Source: a bacterium (lineage in GTDB: Bacteria; Patescibacteriota; JACMRA01). Taken from it: a stretch of 51,170 bases of DNA. The notes beneath the pieces were generated by a model that saw only the letters and a program-made list of their open reading frames with translations, ran no database searches and had not been told where the DNA came from. Each line of letters starts with the position of its first letter. The first letter of the stretch is position 1. A program made the position numbers and the translations under genes. The DNA is taken from positions 1 through 51,170 of the forward strand of contig JAYWFY010000059.1 of the NCBI GenBank assembly GCA_043778555.1, read 5' to 3'. This document shows, in pieces, positions 49,093 through 51,170 of this stretch.

Positions 49093-50403
49093 ATGACTCT
49101 AACCAATCCCAATATTACGACTTTTACACAAAACCTTTTGCACAAATTCTTGGTAATGTTATTTACCACTGTTTGTGTATTGAGTACAGCTGCATCTTGT
49201 AGCCTCAATCCTTTTGGTAATCAAGCCACATTTACAACTTTAGGAATGTTGAGGCAAAGTTCTGATTCGCAAGGCTTCCAAAAAATTAATTCAATTGCTT
49301 TAATTAACGGCAAAAGTGATGTTGAAGGACTTAGCGGGCTCTCTGTAATCAAAGTCAAACAGCAAAATGCAGACACTATTTTTATCCAAACACTTGAAAA
49401 AGGTATTTTCAAAACTACTGACGGCGGGCAAAACTGGAGTCGGATTTATATTTTTCCTGTCCAATATACTGAGAATAAAGAGGGGCTAAAAATCTTGGAA
49501 GCTCAGCTCAAGCGCAATGAGGAAGTGGTCGTCAATGATTTTTGGGTAAGCCCTCAAGACATTAATGTTTTTTATATTGCTGCCAAAGAAGGTACTCAAG
49601 GTAAGATATTCAAGACTACTGACGGCGGGCAAACAGTCCGTGAGGTGTATCTAGAAGTCAATAACGAAGGCTCATCTGTAGATTATGTAGTTATCGACCC
49701 ACGCAACGAAGACCATGTCTACGCCCTGCTCAACGCCAATACTTTGATTCACACCCTTGACGCTGGTGCTACTTGGCAAAAACTCAACAACTACAATAGT
49801 GAAAGTGACAAGATTACCCAAATTGGACTTTTGGCAGACAATCGATCTATTTTTATATTGTACCAAAAAGCTGGGATTTCCAGCTCTACAGACGGCATCA
49901 AATGGAGCAAACTCATAATTAACAAATTCACACCTCCAGAACCTCGCAATCCCAACGAGACACTAAGAGAAACGGCTACCAATGCACTTTCCAACCTACA
50001 AGACAAAGTTGCCCCCGAAATCTCCAATCCCTTCGCCCTTTATACCAAGTTTATACCAATCGGTAACCCAAATACAGCTCGCAAGCCAGCTATTATACTT
50101 GCCGATAAGCAAATTTGGATTACAAGTGATTTTGGTAAAGCTCAGTTTGTGCAGCTCACCAGTCTTCCAGTACAAGATACCAAGCTCAATATTCAAGATG
50201 TACAAGTTGATACTACCTCAGCCCTACCCAAAATCTACGTGGCAATTGGTAGCAAAATCTTAGTCAGTGAGAATAATGGCAAATCTTGGTCAAATCTTCC
50301 TATTGGGGTAGAAGGAATCGGACCAATTTCCAATATAACATTGAATCCACTAGATCCTCAGACTATCTATTTGTCACTTTACAATCCTGGAGCAAAGAAG
50401 TAG
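49093..50403 (+). CDS. BNR/Asp-box beta-propeller lipoprotein (Ycf48/VPS10-like)
   Basis: TAASC lipobox; TTDGGQNW, TTDGGQT, TLDAGATW, SENNGKSW. Confidence 0.85.
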   Translation: MTLTNPNITTFTQNLLHKFLVMLFTTVCVLSTAASCSLNPFGNQATFTTLGMLRQSSDSQGFQKINSIALINGKSDVEGLSGLSVIKVKQQNADTIFIQTLEKGIFKTTDGGQNWSRIYIFPVQYTENKEGLKILEAQLKRNEEVVVNDFWVSPQDINVFYIAAKEGTQGKIFKTTDGGQTVREVYLEVNNEGSSVDYVVIDPRNEDHVYALLNANTLIHTLDAGATWQKLNNYNSESDKITQIGLLADNRSIFILYQKAGISSSTDGIKWSKLIINKFTPPEPRNPNETLRETATNALSNLQDKVAPEISNPFALYTKFIPIGNPNTARKPAIILADKQIWITSDFGKAQFVQLTSLPVQDTKLNIQDVQVDTTSALPKIYVAIGSKILVSENNGKSWSNLPIGVEGIGPISNITLNPLDPQTIYLSLYNPGAKK

Positions 50404-50792
50404 GTATATTTTCCACTAATAACCCAATCATAATTTGGCAAACTGTCATCTTGAAATTGTTGGAATAACGACTATGGTATAATGATTTCCTCTTTTTTGG
50501 AGGTTTTTTTAATACAAATTTAGCATTTTTCTTGACAGGCATTTTTTTTTACACACACTAGCGGATAAGAATAATTACCCTCTATAAGTCTTTTTTGACA
50601 GTCAATTTCTCAATCATTTCTGATCAGACTATTTTGCATTTGCAAAGTTAATTACAACTATATACTAGCTCGGCTCTGGTGATTTACAATCGTAATCAAT
50701 TAACTACAATAGTCTAGAACATACTTAATCAAAGTTTTTTGTAAAGTTTCTGTATTCCCAATTTTTTTCTATTTCCAAGTAACATATTCATT

Positions 50793-51098
50793 ATGACACC
50801 AAGTAAATTTTCTGCCAAAAGTATGATTCGCTCTACAGCAGGCACAATCTCAAAAGTATTAAACTTTGTTTCACATCCAAAAATCGTTATTGCTACAGCT
50901 CTAGTCGCATGTAATATTGCAAGTTTTGGTTTGTTCAATGTATCTCAAGTATTTGCACAAAAAAGTCAAGTACCGCTAGAAGCGATGTTGATGCTAGAAT
51001 TTCCAGCAGATACTAGTCTGAAAAGCGTAATTCAAAATATAAAAAAAGAACTGCCTAGTGGTAATCTTAACGAAATAAACAACCACCAACTGAAGTAG
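50793..51098 (+). pseudogene. Secreted hypothetical protein, apparently truncated by the element at about 51077
   Basis: Signal-like N-terminus (…SQVFA); the stop codon falls inside the GC-rich hairpin. Confidence 0.5.
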
Positions 51099-51170
51099 GT
51101 GGATTCATGCAACGCAGGGTTGCAGGTTGCCCACTGAAGGTGGGCTAGGCGTGGTCCAACCTTGGATTAG
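51077..51170. mobile_element. End of an IS200/IS605-family element, running off the window
   Basis: Abrupt GC rise; AACAACCACCAACTGAAGTAGGTGG subterminal hairpin plus three more hairpins. Confidence 0.6.

Noticed and set aside
1-51170. tRNA or rRNA genes
   Set aside because: No cloverleaf with T-loop consensus or rRNA-like segment recognised in the intergenic regions by eye

Overview
AT-rich bacterial chromosomal window using genetic code 11. The gene content and style point to a Patescibacteria/CPR genome (inference): degenerate or split housekeeping genes, a Nudix insertion, a solitary PemK toxin, and promoters abutting start codons. From left to right: a MITE-inactivated secreted Cys-rich protein with a small membrane partner; a 7-gene operon under a Zur-like palindrome (COG0523 GTPase, unknown, CooC-like ATPase, Y4yA-like PLP decarboxylase, CysK-rhodanese fusion, frameshifted methyltransferase, SufS-like enzyme); a nonsense-interrupted DUF2599 secreted protein with a membrane partner; a DEAD-box helicase with a structured leader; purD, def, ychF, fusA; a half carB carrying a Nudix-like insert; a defence islet (WG-repeat, DUF2971, PemK/MazF, GmrSD); envelope and stress genes; a Xer-type recombinase; a RelE-type TA pair; and an IS200/IS605-like end at the right edge. 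The strongest novelty candidate is a ~45-nt two-hairpin RNA with its own sigma70 promoter, convergent on the 3' end of the PemK/MazF gene, which has no protein antitoxin. A second copy with compensatory base changes lies 2.3 kb upstream, suggesting an RNA-antitoxin system. Other leads are the Zur-boxed PLP/sulfur operon, four dif-like sites, repeated gene fission, and pervasive leaderless architecture. All family assignments come from motif recognition by eye; no database searches were run.
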